Source: Ignavibacteriales bacterium
Lineage (GTDB): Bacteria; Bacteroidota; Ignavibacteria; UBA10030; UBA8401
Length of the DNA: 64,000 nt
Direction: 5' to 3'
Assembly (NCBI GenBank): GCA_037443785.1
Contig: JBBINR010000007.1
Span: forward strand, 2,709 to 66,708
The position numbers and the translations under genes were made by a program. Within the stretch, counting starts at the first letter, position 1, and each line of letters opens with the position of its first letter. Below are positions 19,430 to 29,680 of this stretch, in pieces. The notes under the pieces are model-generated. The model made no database searches. It saw nothing but the letters and a program-made list of their open reading frames with translations, and had not been told where the DNA came from.

Positions 19430-20262
19430 CAACACCGGATCTTCGCGGTCAAATACTAAAGGTCTTTGGCGATTCAGGAACTTCGAAGGCAAAAGCCCTT
19501 GGTCTCTTCCGAAAATTTTTAGATCAGCTTGATTCAGGAAAGATCAGATCAGCAGAAAAAATCGACGGAACATGGGTTGTTCATGAATGGGTAAAAAAAG
19601 GAATCCTTCTCGGATTTCGTTTGGGACAGCTCAAAGAAATTCCGCGAGGTTTGCCATTTAAATTTTTTGATAAAGATACGATTCCTTTAAAGAAAATTTC
19701 CGCAAAAAATAATATTCGCGTGGTCCCCGGCGGATCATCGATTCGCAAAGGTGCCTACGTTGCTTCTTCGGTCATTGTCATGCCACCCGCTTACATTAAT
19801 ATCGGCTCGTACGTTGATGAAGGAACCATGGTCGATTCGCATGCGCTTGTCGGCTCCTGCGCTCAAATCGGAAAGCGGGTTCACATTAGTGCAGCTTCAC
19901 AAATTGGCGGCGTGCTCGAACCGATTGGTGCGTTGCCGGTTATTATTGAAGACGATGTTTTGATTGGCGGCAATTGCGGAATTTATGAAGGAACAATTGT
20001 CAGCAGGCGTGCCGTGATTGCTACCGGTGTTACATTAACGGCTTCCACTCCAGTGTATGATATCGTCAATGAAACAATCATAAGGAAGAACGAAAACGGC
20101 TCATTAATCATCCCGGAAAACGCGGTTGTTGTTGCCGGCACAAGAAAGATTGATTCTTCCTTTGCACGAAATAACGGATTACACTTGTATACACCGCTGA
20201 TCGTTAAATATCGCGATGAAAAAACGGACGCAAAGACTGCACTGGAAGAAAGCTTGCGGTAA
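19426..20262 (+). CDS. dapD: 2,3,4,5-tetrahydropyridine-2,6-dicarboxylate N-succinyltransferase (long hexapeptide-repeat form).
   Basis: Left-handed beta-helix hexapeptide repeats ([41 protein letters not shown]...) with a DapD-like N-terminal domain. It overlaps the dapA stop by 4 bp. Confidence 0.8.
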   Translation: MTTPDLRGQILKVFGDSGTSKAKALGLFRKFLDQLDSGKIRSAEKIDGTWVVHEWVKKGILLGFRLGQLKEIPRGLPFKFFDKDTIPLKKISAKNNIRVVPGGSSIRKGAYVASSVIVMPPAYINIGSYVDEGTMVDSHALVGSCAQIGKRVHISAASQIGGVLEPIGALPVIIEDDVLIGGNCGIYEGTIVSRRAVIATGVTLTASTPVYDIVNETIIRKNENGSLIIPENAVVVAGTRKIDSSFARNNGLHLYTPLIVKYRDEKTDAKTALEESLR

Positions 20263-21639
20263 TTATTTTTCTTTAAGATTATACTGCTGGATTTTTGTGT
20301 AGAGAGTTTTAAGGCTGATGTCTAAAATTTTTGCAGAAAGATTTTTGTTCCATTTGCTGTTTTCGAGAACGGCGGCAATATGCTGGCGTTCTAATTCCTG
20401 AATTGACACCGCACTGCCAATAATTCCGTTACCTTCTTTTTGTGCCGCAGATTGGACGCCAAGCCGTTGGGGCAAGGCAAGATCTTTGGTGCGAATAATT
20501 TCTTCCGAAGAAAGAATGATTGCCCGCTCCAGCACATTTTCCAATTCACGAATATTACCGGGCCAGTCATATTCCATTAACGCCTGCAGTGCATCCGGAT
20601 GTAAAGATTTTTTTGCCTTTGTTTTATTTTTCCGCTCAAGAATACTTTGCACAAGAATTGGAATGTCGTCTTTTCTCTGCATAAGCGACGGCAAATGAAG
20701 TGTGATAACATTCAACCGGTATAAAAGATCTTCGCGAAATCTTCCTTCTTTTACTTCCTCCAAAAGATTTTTATTCGTAGCAGAAATAAGACGAATGTCT
20801 GATTTTAAAGTTTTATTTCCGCCAACGCGCCGGTACTCCCCGGTTTGAATGAAGCGGAGCAATTTCGGCTGAAACACCGGGCTGATTTCCCCAATTTCAT
20901 CCAAGAAAAGTGTGCCGCCGTTTGAGATCTCCACTAATCCCTGCCGCATAACTTGCGCATCGGTGAATGCGCCTTTTTCATGACCGAATAATTCACTCTC
21001 AATCAACGTATCAGGAATAGAAGCGCAGTTGAGTGCGACAAATGGTTTTTCGTTTCGTGGAGAATTTTTGTGAAGAAAATTTGCAAATAACTCTTTTCCG
21101 GTTCCGCTTCCTCCTTCAATAAGAACCGTAGAGTCTGTAGGAGCAACTTTACTTGCCAGCTCAATTACTTTTACAAATTCTGCACTTTCCCCAACAAGGT
21201 GTGACGATTGAGCAAGTCTCGACAACTCACTCTTCATTACTTTATTTTCAATCACCAATGTCCGTTGATCTAACGCTCGCTCGAGAAGTGAAACGAGTTC
21301 ATCGATCGAATACGGCTTCGTGAGATAATAGAATGCACCGTTTTTCATGCAATCAACCGCCATCCGAACATCATCAACACCGGTAAGCATAATAACCTGC
21401 ATATCGATATAGTGCTCTTTGATGTACTTTAAGACTTCAATGCCGTCAACGCGCGGCATTCGTACATCGAGAAGTGCTACATCCAAAGAATGTTCCTGCA
21501 GGCAATTGATCGCCGCCGCACCATCTTCCGCCGTAACAACAGTGTGCCCTTCGCCGGCAAGAACACTTTCTAGCGTAGATCGAAAATCGACTTCATCATC
21601 AGCGACAAGAATTTTTGCATTTATTTTTTTCTTTGCCAT
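20263..21639 (-). CDS. Sigma-54-dependent response regulator (NtrC family) with REC, AAA+ and Fis-type HTH domains. It has no adjacent kinase.
   Basis: REC domain (ILVADDE...D at the phospho-site). The sigma-54 interaction module GESAEFVKVIELASKVAPTDSTVLIEGGSGTGKELFANFLH and the ESELFGHEKGAFTDA motif. C-terminal HTH. Start taken at MAKKKIN (21639). Confidence 0.88.
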   Translation of the reverse strand: MAKKKINAKILVADDEVDFRSTLESVLAGEGHTVVTAEDGAAAINCLQEHSLDVALLDVRMPRVDGIEVLKYIKEHYIDMQVIMLTGVDDVRMAVDCMKNGAFYYLTKPYSIDELVSLLERALDQRTLVIENKVMKSELSRLAQSSHLVGESAEFVKVIELASKVAPTDSTVLIEGGSGTGKELFANFLHKNSPRNEKPFVALNCASIPDTLIESELFGHEKGAFTDAQVMRQGLVEISNGGTLFLDEIGEISPVFQPKLLRFIQTGEYRRVGGNKTLKSDIRLISATNKNLLEEVKEGRFREDLLYRLNVITLHLPSLMQRKDDIPILVQSILERKNKTKAKKSLHPDALQALMEYDWPGNIRELENVLERAIILSSEEIIRTKDLALPQRLGVQSAAQKEGNGIIGSAVSIQELERQHIAAVLENSKWNKNLSAKILDISLKTLYTKIQQYNLKEK

Positions 21640-21751
21640 ATGGTGACAAAAATATACCTTTTTATCAATTGACCTGCAAACACAGCTCATCGCTTGCAAA
21701 AATTTTTATAATATGATACATTATACGGTATGTTAAACTTTTGAGAACTGC

Positions 21752-22081
21752 ATGACGACTGTTTTACTGTTGACAGCCTCCAATATTTTCATGACGTTTG
21801 CCTGGTATGGGCATCTAAAATTTAAGGATGTTGCCCTCTGGAAAATTGTTTTGGTCAGTTGGGGAATAGCCTTTTTCGAATATTGCTTTATGATTCCCGC
21901 AAATAGAATTGGATATGGGGAATTTTCCGCACCGCAATTAAAAATCATTCAAGAGATTATCACATTAGTGGTTTTTTCACTTTTTTCTGTGTTTTACTTG
22001 AAAGAACAACTCCGCTGGAATTACGTTGCCGGCTTTCTGTGCATTATTGCAGCAGCTTATTTCATTTTTAAAAAATGGTAG
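21752..22081 (+). CDS. DUF486 / DMT-superfamily small membrane protein.
   Basis: 109 aa, four TM helices, MTTVLLLTASNIFMTFAWYGHLKF. Confidence 0.6.
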   Translation: MTTVLLLTASNIFMTFAWYGHLKFKDVALWKIVLVSWGIAFFEYCFMIPANRIGYGEFSAPQLKIIQEIITLVVFSLFSVFYLKEQLRWNYVAGFLCIIAAAYFIFKKW

Positions 22082-22270
22082 ATCCACGCCAAAACTACCT
22101 GCCGATATATAACCCCTGCTAGCCGAAAATATATCCTACACTGCGATTTATAATATTATTTTAGTCCATCGTTATTCTAAGTTCTTTGGAAAACAACATT
22201 TTCTTATCATTTTGGACAGAAATTAATTTTTCTTTATCCACTTGAAAAAGAGATGAAACTAACTTATATT

Positions 22271-22298
22271 GGAAACCGTAGAAACCGTTACGGTTTCC
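22271..22298. promoter_or_regulatory. Palindromic operator GGAAACCGTA-GAAACCGT-T-ACGGTTTCC. Candidate binding site of the downstream TetR repressor.
   Basis: A perfect 8-bp inverted repeat with a 1-bp spacer (22281..22297) sits inside a 10-bp inverted repeat, about 110 bp upstream of the tetR start. Confidence 0.5.
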
Positions 22299-22407
22299 TA
22301 CAATAAATATTTTCTCGTTTCGTCTATAAATGCAGGAAATCTGCATTTTTTAATAAACCTGCGGAAACTAAAAAAACAAAGCAGGTTTCCAAAAAAAGAG
22401 GATTAAA

Positions 22408-23040
22408 TTGTCTGATTCAGAATTGAAAGCCAGGATCTTTGAAGTCGCAAAGGAAAATTTTTTCAACAACGGCTTCAGCAAAATAACGATGGAAGAATTT
22501 GCTCAGAGCATGGGCATGAGCAAAAAAACGATTTATAAATTTTTCCCAAGTAAAGTTGAATTGGTCCGAGAAATCACGCACGAAAAGATGAACAGCATTC
22601 ATTCGACCTGTATGAAATTGCATAATGATAAATCGGTAGACTTTATGGAAAAAATTCGATGCGTCACGAATTATCTGTCAAAGGAAATGCGTTCGATGAA
22701 ACCACAGTTCTATACTGATCTCCAGCGGACGATGCCCGATGTGTGGAAAGAAATTGAAGAATTTCGTACGGAACGCATCTTGCAGGATTTCTCACGGACA
22801 ATTCGTGAAGGTGTCGAGCTCGGGGTATTTCGCAAAGATATCAATATCGATGTATTAGTATTAATGTATGCCAATGCCATGCAGTCGATTATTAACCCTG
22901 AAACATTGTCAACACTTCCACTGAACGCTTCACAAGCGTACGAAGCAATTATCGAAATAATTTTTGGCGGAGTGTTTACGCAACAAGCAAAAGATAAATA
23001 TATACATCAGAACAGTGATCCTATGGAGGAAAAGATCTAA
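22408..23040 (+). CDS. TetR/AcrR-family transcriptional regulator (TTG start).
   Basis: N-terminal HTH FFNNGFSKITMEEFAQSMGMSKKTIYKFFPSKVEL. 210 aa. Its stop overlaps the TolC gene start. Confidence 0.85.
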   Translation: MSDSELKARIFEVAKENFFNNGFSKITMEEFAQSMGMSKKTIYKFFPSKVELVREITHEKMNSIHSTCMKLHNDKSVDFMEKIRCVTNYLSKEMRSMKPQFYTDLQRTMPDVWKEIEEFRTERILQDFSRTIREGVELGVFRKDINIDVLVLMYANAMQSIINPETLSTLPLNASQAYEAIIEIIFGGVFTQQAKDKYIHQNSDPMEEKI

Positions 23041-24365
23041 TGAAATATTATGGAATTCTTGGAGTCGTATTATTTGTTGGAATATTATCAGCACAAACAT
23101 CGAAGCACGCGAGCCTTACAATCGATCAGGCGCTTCAAATCGGTTTGGAAAACAGTAAAACGCTTAAAACTTCGCAATTTAAAGTTGTTGCTGCAGAAGC
23201 AAAAGCATACGAAACAGATGCGCTTGGTTTGCCGTCTTTAAAATTTAACGGAACATATACACGATTGAGTGAAGTTCCTACGCCTGTTTTAGATTTCTCG
23301 AAGCTAGGATTACCTATTCCTCCACAGAAATTCGGAGACAATGTTGTAAATACTTACGGACTGAAGGCAACTGTGCAGCAGCCGTTATTTACGGGAGGAA
23401 AACTTTCCGGAGCGATTGATGCCGCTCAATATGTTTCCGATGCGTCGAAAGAAGATTTCAACAAAGATAAAGCTGATGTTATTTACAACATCAAAGCGGC
23501 GTATTGGAATTTATACAGAGCAATTGAATTTAGCAAAGTTGTCGATGAAAATGTAAATCAAATAAAATCACACGCAGCAGATGCAGAAAATTTGATGAAG
23601 CAAGGATTACTGACAAATAACGAATTATTGAAAATTCAAGTGCAACTTTCCGATGCCCTTGTCCGTCAGATAGATGCAACAAACAATATTAAACTTTCAA
23701 CATATGCGTTGAACAATACGCTGGGACTTCCAATTACCGCCGACATTACACTCGCTTCTAAGATTGAGGTAAGCGATCGAAACTGGTCAGATATCGAACA
23801 ATTGCTCAAGGTGGCATTTGATAAACGACCGGACCTCCTGGCGATGAGTGCACGTGTAAAAGCAAGCGAAGCGGGGTTAACATCTGCTCGCGGTGGATGG
23901 TGGCCTCAGGTGTATCTCGTGGGTAATTATAATTATCTTCGGCCGAATTCTCGAATTTTTCCGACAAAAGATGTATTCAAAGATACATGGGATGTAACGC
24001 TTTCTGTTTCTCTTGATATTTGGAACTGGAATCAAACGGGAAATCAAACGACGCAGGCAGAAGCTGTGTTTTCTCAAACTGAACAAGGTTTTTCTTTAAT
24101 GAAGGATGGCGTAACGTTAGAGGTAACACAAAACTATCTTGCCGTCAATCAAACAAAGGAACGCATTGCGGTAGCCGAACAAGGCGTGAAACAAGCCGAG
24201 GAAAATTACCGTGTTACCAATGAAAAATATAAAAAAGGCCTAACAACAAATTCTGAATTACTCGATGCTGAATCGTTGTTATTGCAGTCAAAATTAAATT
24301 ACACGCAATCGTTAGTTGAATTTGAATTAGCCGGCGCACGGCTGTCAAAATCAGTCGGCGAATAA
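23040..24365 (+). CDS. TolC-family outer membrane efflux protein.
   Basis: 441 aa with a signal peptide and two repeated halves carrying the coiled-coil-rich TolC/OEP pattern (LTIDQALQIGLENSKTLK...). Confidence 0.85.
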   Translation: MKYYGILGVVLFVGILSAQTSKHASLTIDQALQIGLENSKTLKTSQFKVVAAEAKAYETDALGLPSLKFNGTYTRLSEVPTPVLDFSKLGLPIPPQKFGDNVVNTYGLKATVQQPLFTGGKLSGAIDAAQYVSDASKEDFNKDKADVIYNIKAAYWNLYRAIEFSKVVDENVNQIKSHAADAENLMKQGLLTNNELLKIQVQLSDALVRQIDATNNIKLSTYALNNTLGLPITADITLASKIEVSDRNWSDIEQLLKVAFDKRPDLLAMSARVKASEAGLTSARGGWWPQVYLVGNYNYLRPNSRIFPTKDVFKDTWDVTLSVSLDIWNWNQTGNQTTQAEAVFSQTEQGFSLMKDGVTLEVTQNYLAVNQTKERIAVAEQGVKQAEENYRVTNEKYKKGLTTNSELLDAESLLLQSKLNYTQSLVEFELAGARLSKSVGE

Positions 24366-24392
24366 AATATTTATCAGGAAGGATACAGTTAT

Positions 24393-25454
24393 ATGAATAC
24401 ATTCAAATTAATTTCCATCAGTGTCGTGATTCTCGGGGTGGCGCTCGGCTTTGTCTTTAACAAAGAAGATGGAAAACAGAACACGACTACGTCGTCGGCC
24501 AACACTATTGCCACCTCCTACTCCGTTTCCGTGATAAAAGCGGCAAGGAAAAATCTTTCGGAGAACTTCTCGCTCGTCGGCACAATCGTCGCCAATAACG
24601 ACGTCGTCATTCTTTCGGAAACGCAGGGACGGGTTGTGAAAATCAATGCAGAAGTTGGCGATTACAAACCCGCCGGATCAGTCATTGTTGAGGTAGAAGG
24701 CGAATTAAAAGAGGCCGCCTATAAAACTGCAAAGATGACTTTTGATAAATCAAAAAAAGACCTTGAACGTTTTGAATCGTTATACAAAGAAAATTCCGTT
24801 TCCGAATCTCAAATTGAACAAGCACGGTGGAATTTTCAAAATGCCGAAGCTCAATATATTGTTGCAAAAAAACAGTACAGTGATACAAAAATCACCACAC
24901 CGATTTCCGGCATCGTGACTGCACGATATGTCAATATTGGAACAACCGTTATCGGCGCACCACAATCAACGGCAATCGCCAATGTGGTTGATATTTCAAA
25001 ATTGAAAGTGAAAGTAAACGTTGCGGAAAAAGATGTGTTCAAATTAACCGTTAATGATAAAGTCAATGTCTCGACTGACGTATTTCCGAATATAGAATTC
25101 ACCGGTGTCATCACCAACATCTCTGCCAAAGGAGACGATGCACACACGTATCCGGTCGAAGTAATGCTGAATAATTCCAAAAAACAATTAAAAGCCGGCA
25201 TGTTCGGCCGCGTAACATTTTCACCGAAATCGTCGGCAACAGCATTAATTGTTCCGCGTGAGGCAGTCATCGGAAGTTTGAAAGACGCTAAAATCTACAT
25301 CGTACAAAATAATGTTGCAAAACTCCGTGATGTTACCATTGGCGGAGAATATGGAACCGATGTAGAAGTCTTGAGCGGATTACAGCAAGGAGAAATCGTT
25401 GTCGTCAATGGACAGAACAACCTGAAAGATAACGCCACCGTTATTATCCGTTAA
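24393..25454 (+). CDS. RND efflux periplasmic adaptor (membrane fusion protein, HlyD family).
   Basis: 353 aa with an N-terminal anchor, a coiled-coil hairpin and lipoyl/beta-barrel segments (TITTPISGIVTARYVNIGTTV). Confidence 0.85.
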   Translation: MNTFKLISISVVILGVALGFVFNKEDGKQNTTTSSANTIATSYSVSVIKAARKNLSENFSLVGTIVANNDVVILSETQGRVVKINAEVGDYKPAGSVIVEVEGELKEAAYKTAKMTFDKSKKDLERFESLYKENSVSESQIEQARWNFQNAEAQYIVAKKQYSDTKITTPISGIVTARYVNIGTTVIGAPQSTAIANVVDISKLKVKVNVAEKDVFKLTVNDKVNVSTDVFPNIEFTGVITNISAKGDDAHTYPVEVMLNNSKKQLKAGMFGRVTFSPKSSATALIVPREAVIGSLKDAKIYIVQNNVAKLRDVTIGGEYGTDVEVLSGLQQGEIVVVNGQNNLKDNATVIIR

Positions 25455-25486
25455 TCCGAAACTGAAAAGAGAAAAGGATTTTTTAT

Positions 25487-28400
25487 ATGACAATTACTGA
25501 ATTAGCAATAAAACGCCCGTCGTTTATTGTGGTAATCTTTAGTGTGCTGGGTGTTCTGGGATTGTTCAGTTTCATCCAATTAAACTACGACCTGCTGCCG
25601 AAAATCACTCCGCCGGTTGTTACGATCAGCACATTCTATCCCGGCGCTTCACCGTACGAAGTTGAAAATAATGTCACAAAAGTTATTGAAGATGCGGTAT
25701 CTGGAATAGACAAGATTGATGCAGTTCGATCAACATCATTGGAAGGAGCTTCAATTGTTATCGTCGAATTCAAACAATCTGCAATTATCGACGTTGTGCT
25801 GCAGGAGGCATCACGTAAAGTGAACGCTGTCGTCAGTCAGCTGCCCAATGGAGCGAAGCAGCCGACGATTGCAAAAATTGCACTGGACGAAATTCCCGTT
25901 CTGCGTGTTGGCGTTACAAGCACAATGGATTCGCGCGAGTTTTATCAGTTCTTAATAGATCGTGTTCAACCGCGTATCTCTAAAATTGCAGGCGTTGCAC
26001 AAGTCGTGCTTTCCGGCGGTGATGAGCGCGAAATAAAAGTAAATCTCGATGCTGGGAAAATTCGTGCTTACGGACTTTCAATCCTTCAAGTAACACAGGC
26101 TATTAAGGCCGCCAATCTTGATTTTCCGACAGGAAAAATAAAAGATACCGATGGTCAATATATTGTCCGTATATCGGGTAAATTTACGCATTTGGATGAA
26201 CTGCGGAATTTGATCATTGCTCGCTCAAAACAAGGCGGCGACATTCACCTTGATGATATTGCAGAAGTTCAAGACGGCGCAAAAGATATGTCACAGGTAA
26301 ACCGCGTTAACGGGATTTCTTCGGTTGGAATACAAATCGTAAAACAATCCGACGCTAACGCTGTAAACGTCAGCAAGCTTGTACGCGATGAGCTGAAGAA
26401 GATTCAGGAGGAATATAAAAAACAAGGCATCACTTTTGATATCGCACAGGACAGCTCCCTCTTTACACTCGATGCTGCAGGTGCAGTGAAAGAAGATCTC
26501 GTCCTCGCCGTCATTATGGTCGCTATCGTCATGCTTCTTTTTTTACACAGCGTCAGGAATTCGTTCATTGTTCTCATCGCTATTCCATCGTCGTTGATTT
26601 CAACATTCGCCTTCATGTATGCGATGGGTTTTACATTAAACTTAATGACAATGCTTGGCATGTCTCTTGTCATCGGTATTCTTGTCGATGATTCGATTGT
26701 GGTGCTGGAAAATATTTATCACTTTCTTGAAAAAGGCGAACAGCCTCGGATAGCGGCACTGCGCGGAAGAAATGAAATCGGCTTTGCGGCTCTTTCGATT
26801 ACTCTTGTTGATGTCGTTGTGTTTCTTCCGTTATCACTCGTCGGCGGGCTTGTTGGAAATATTATGCGGGAATTTGCGCTGGTTGTTGTTGGATCAACAT
26901 TGATGAGCTTATTCGTTTCGTTCACCATTACACCACTGCTTGCGTCACGATTTGCAAAATTAGAACGATTAACAGAGAGAACAGTGCTTGGTAAATTTGC
27001 GCTTGCATTCGAGAAATTCTACAATGCTTTTGCTGCACATTATCAAAGATTATTGAAACGGAGTTTGATGCATAAACGCTGGGTTGCGGCTGCAACAATT
27101 GTTATGTTGCTCGGTTCATTTATGCTGTTCCCGCTCGGTCTCATTGGATTCGAGTTTATGACGCAAACGGATCGCGGGGAATTTAGCGTAACGATTGAAC
27201 TGCCGGCGGGAGCAACAATTGAGCAGACAAATCAAACATCATTGCTCGTTGAACGCACACTTGCGACTTTTCCCGAAATCAAAAAAGTATTTACGTCTGT
27301 GGGTGTCGCACAAAACGGGCTTCTTGGACAAGCAAGCAATAATACCACACAGTTAAATGTTGCTCTCATTCCTAAAGGAGATCGTAAAAAATCTACAACA
27401 CAAATTGGCGAGGAAATAAAAGAAAAGATTCGAGAAATTCCCGGTGCAAAAGTGTACGTCAGCCCGATTGGTATTTTCGGAACTGCCGATCAAGCACCGA
27501 TTCAAATTGCGGTCAATGGAACCGATATGAAAGAAGTTGAGCACACTGCCGATAAATTAAAAGGAGTGCTTGAAGAAATTAAGGGAACGGCAGACGTGCG
27601 TCTTTCTACAGAATTAGGAAAACCGGAAATGAAAATTGAGATTGACCGAGCAAAGATGGCGCAATTCGGCCTGTCCGTCGCCGATATCGGAACAACACTT
27701 CGCGTTGCGCTTGCCGGCGATGATGAGTCTAAATTTCGTGATGGAACGAACGAATACGACATTCGCATTCAACTTGATGAATTCAATCGTTCGGCAACTT
27801 CCGATATCCGGAATTTGACATTCATGAACAATCGTGGCCAGCAAATCGAATTGCAGCAATTTGCCTCCGTTGAGCAGTCTTCGGGTCCGTCAAAACTTGA
27901 ACGAAAAGACCGCATTGGTGTCATGTATATTAACGGCCAAGTCGTCGGACGCCCATCGGGAAATATCGTTCAAGAATTCAAACAAAAAGTTGCAAAGATG
28001 GAATTGCCGGCTGGAATCTCGCTTATCTATCTTGGCAATGAAAAAAATCAATCTGAAGGTTTCGGAAGCATGGGCCTTGCTATGCTCGCGGGTATCTTGT
28101 TTGTTTATTTGATTATGGTTGCATTGTACGATTCGTACGTCTACCCGTTTGTTGTGTTATTTTCAATTCCGATGGCTGTAATCGGTGCTTTTATTGCACT
28201 CGCCATTACTGGAAAATCGCTTACGATATTTTCTATGCTTGGTTTAATTATGTTGATCGGTTTGGTTGCGAAGAACGCAATCCTTCTTGTCGACAGAACA
28301 AATCAAACTCGATTGGAAAATGGATTGAGCGTATACGACGCTCTTCTGGAGGCAGGGCAATCGAGACTTCGTCCGATTTTGATGACAACTTTAACAATGA

Positions 28401-28678
28401 TTTTTGGAATGATGCCTATTGCGTTATCGAAATCTGCCGGTGCTGAATGGAAAACAGGTCTTGCGTGGGCGCTTGTCGGCGGATTAACCAGTTCAATGTT
28501 TCTTACGTTGATTCTTGTTCCTGTTGTGTACATGAAAGTCGATGAATGGAAAACAAAAATACCTGCGTTCTTTAAAAAACCTTCGAGAATGTTTTCACGA
28601 TTGAAAAACGGCAAAAAAGGAACAAACGGTATTGCGGCACATACCAACGGAGAGTTGGAATCGTTAAAAATACGATAA
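25487..28678 (+). CDS. RND efflux pump permease (AcrB/CzcA family).
   Basis: 1063 aa with 12 TM helices in two 6-TM bundles and large periplasmic loops. Conserved RND motifs (AIKRPSFIVVIF, GMSLVIGILVDDSIVVLENI). Confidence 0.92.
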   Translation: MTITELAIKRPSFIVVIFSVLGVLGLFSFIQLNYDLLPKITPPVVTISTFYPGASPYEVENNVTKVIEDAVSGIDKIDAVRSTSLEGASIVIVEFKQSAIIDVVLQEASRKVNAVVSQLPNGAKQPTIAKIALDEIPVLRVGVTSTMDSREFYQFLIDRVQPRISKIAGVAQVVLSGGDEREIKVNLDAGKIRAYGLSILQVTQAIKAANLDFPTGKIKDTDGQYIVRISGKFTHLDELRNLIIARSKQGGDIHLDDIAEVQDGAKDMSQVNRVNGISSVGIQIVKQSDANAVNVSKLVRDELKKIQEEYKKQGITFDIAQDSSLFTLDAAGAVKEDLVLAVIMVAIVMLLFLHSVRNSFIVLIAIPSSLISTFAFMYAMGFTLNLMTMLGMSLVIGILVDDSIVVLENIYHFLEKGEQPRIAALRGRNEIGFAALSITLVDVVVFLPLSLVGGLVGNIMREFALVVVGSTLMSLFVSFTITPLLASRFAKLERLTERTVLGKFALAFEKFYNAFAAHYQRLLKRSLMHKRWVAAATIVMLLGSFMLFPLGLIGFEFMTQTDRGEFSVTIELPAGATIEQTNQTSLLVERTLATFPEIKKVFTSVGVAQNGLLGQASNNTTQLNVALIPKGDRKKSTTQIGEEIKEKIREIPGAKVYVSPIGIFGTADQAPIQIAVNGTDMKEVEHTADKLKGVLEEIKGTADVRLSTELGKPEMKIEIDRAKMAQFGLSVADIGTTLRVALAGDDESKFRDGTNEYDIRIQLDEFNRSATSDIRNLTFMNNRGQQIELQQFASVEQSSGPSKLERKDRIGVMYINGQVVGRPSGNIVQEFKQKVAKMELPAGISLIYLGNEKNQSEGFGSMGLAMLAGILFVYLIMVALYDSYVYPFVVLFSIPMAVIGAFIALAITGKSLTIFSMLGLIMLIGLVAKNAILLVDRTNQTRLENGLSVYDALLEAGQSRLRPILMTTLTMIFGMMPIALSKSAGAEWKTGLAWALVGGLTSSMFLTLILVPVVYMKVDEWKTKIPAFFKKPSRMFSRLKNGKKGTNGIAAHTNGELESLKIR

Positions 28679-28700
28679 GATTTTTTTGCAGAAAAGAACA

Positions 28701-28736
28701 AAAAGGCAATCATAAATGATTGCCTTTTTTATTTTT
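28701..28736 (+). terminator. Rho-independent terminator of the efflux operon.
   Basis: aaaaggcaatcataaatgattgcctttttt is a perfect 10-bp stem followed by a T-run. Confidence 0.7.
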
Positions 28737-28797
28737 AGTGGAACATTTCTCTCCATTCTCAGGTATAGTAGTGACAACAATCCACAGGAGATCAACA

Positions 28798-29047
28798 ATG
28801 CTTATACTTATTACCAATACAGTTGAGGAAAAAAATTACAATGTACCACGGACTTGTCGGTGGACGGTCTGCCGCGTATGAACAAGAATTGCGATAAGCC
28901 AAAGATATTGCCGTAGAAGAAATGCAGATACAAGCGCGCTCACGTGGAGCAAATGTGATACTTGGCGTCGATTTGGATTACGAGACGGTTGGAAACGGTA
29001 CAATGTTTATGGTCAGTGCCAGCGGAACTGCTGTAACGATCGAATAA
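28798..29047 (+). pseudogene. Decayed YbjQ/UPF0145 (DUF74) family gene. It carries an internal deletion or frameshift and an in-frame TAA.
   Basis: Frame 1 gives MLILITNTVEEKNYNV (YbjQ N-terminus-like). A shifted frame gives [67 protein letters not shown]. This matches the YbjQ core IVGGRSGAYEKELR.AR.IA.EEM...GA.A..GIDIDYE....G..M.VSVSGTAV, but with a TAA at 28895..28897. Confidence 0.65.
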
Positions 29048-29092
29048 CGTATCTTTTGCAGTTGCGTAAATATGTTTTGGACGTTCAAGCAG

Positions 29093-29680
29093 CTACATTG
29101 TTTTCAAAATATCAACCGCTTTTTGTAAAGCCCGTGCACGATGACTTAAAGTGTTCTTTTCATCAATAGTCATCTCGGCATACGTTCTAACAAGCCCATT
29201 CGGAACAAACAGCGGATCATAACCAAACCCCTGGGTGCCGTGAAGCTCTTCTAAAATTTTCCCCTCAACAATCCCCTCAACCGTTTGTTCAATTCCTTTT
29301 CCGACAATAGTTATCACCGTGCGAAAACGTGCGTTACGCTTACGTTCAGGGACTCCACGTAATTTGTACAATAGTTTTTTATTATTGTCAGCATACGTAG
29401 CGTTTTCTCCAGAGTATCGAGCTGAATATACTCCCGGTTCAAGCCCGAGATAATAGACTTCTAATCCTGTATCATCAGCAAGAGTCAACAATCCGGAAGC
29501 ATGAAAAGCTTCTCGTGCTTTTTTTATTGCATTCCCTTCCAGTGTTGGCTGGTCTTCAATCGTTTGAGGGGCGTGAGGAATTTCAGAAAGACCCAGCACG
29601 TCGTAATCGGCGGGGTTTAGAAAAGCGGAAATTTCTTCAACTTTATGTCTATTGTTCGTTGCAAGAAGAATTTTTTTCAT
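29093..29680 (-). CDS. rdgB: Non-canonical purine NTP pyrophosphatase (dITP/XTP pyrophosphatase, Ham1/RdgB family).
   Basis: 195 aa. ILLATNNRHKVEEI, the SGLLTLADDTGLEV region and FGYDPLF are the Ham1 signatures. Confidence 0.9.
   Translation of the reverse strand: MKKILLATNNRHKVEEISAFLNPADYDVLGLSEIPHAPQTIEDQPTLEGNAIKKAREAFHASGLLTLADDTGLEVYYLGLEPGVYSARYSGENATYADNNKKLLYKLRGVPERKRNARFRTVITIVGKGIEQTVEGIVEGKILEELHGTQGFGYDPLFVPNGLVRTYAEMTIDEKNTLSHRARALQKAVDILKTM

Noticed and set aside
22161-22346. 61-aa minus-strand ORF in the tetR upstream spacer.
   Set aside because: It overlaps the palindromic operator region and has no ribosome-binding site or recognisable features. It is more likely non-coding regulatory DNA.
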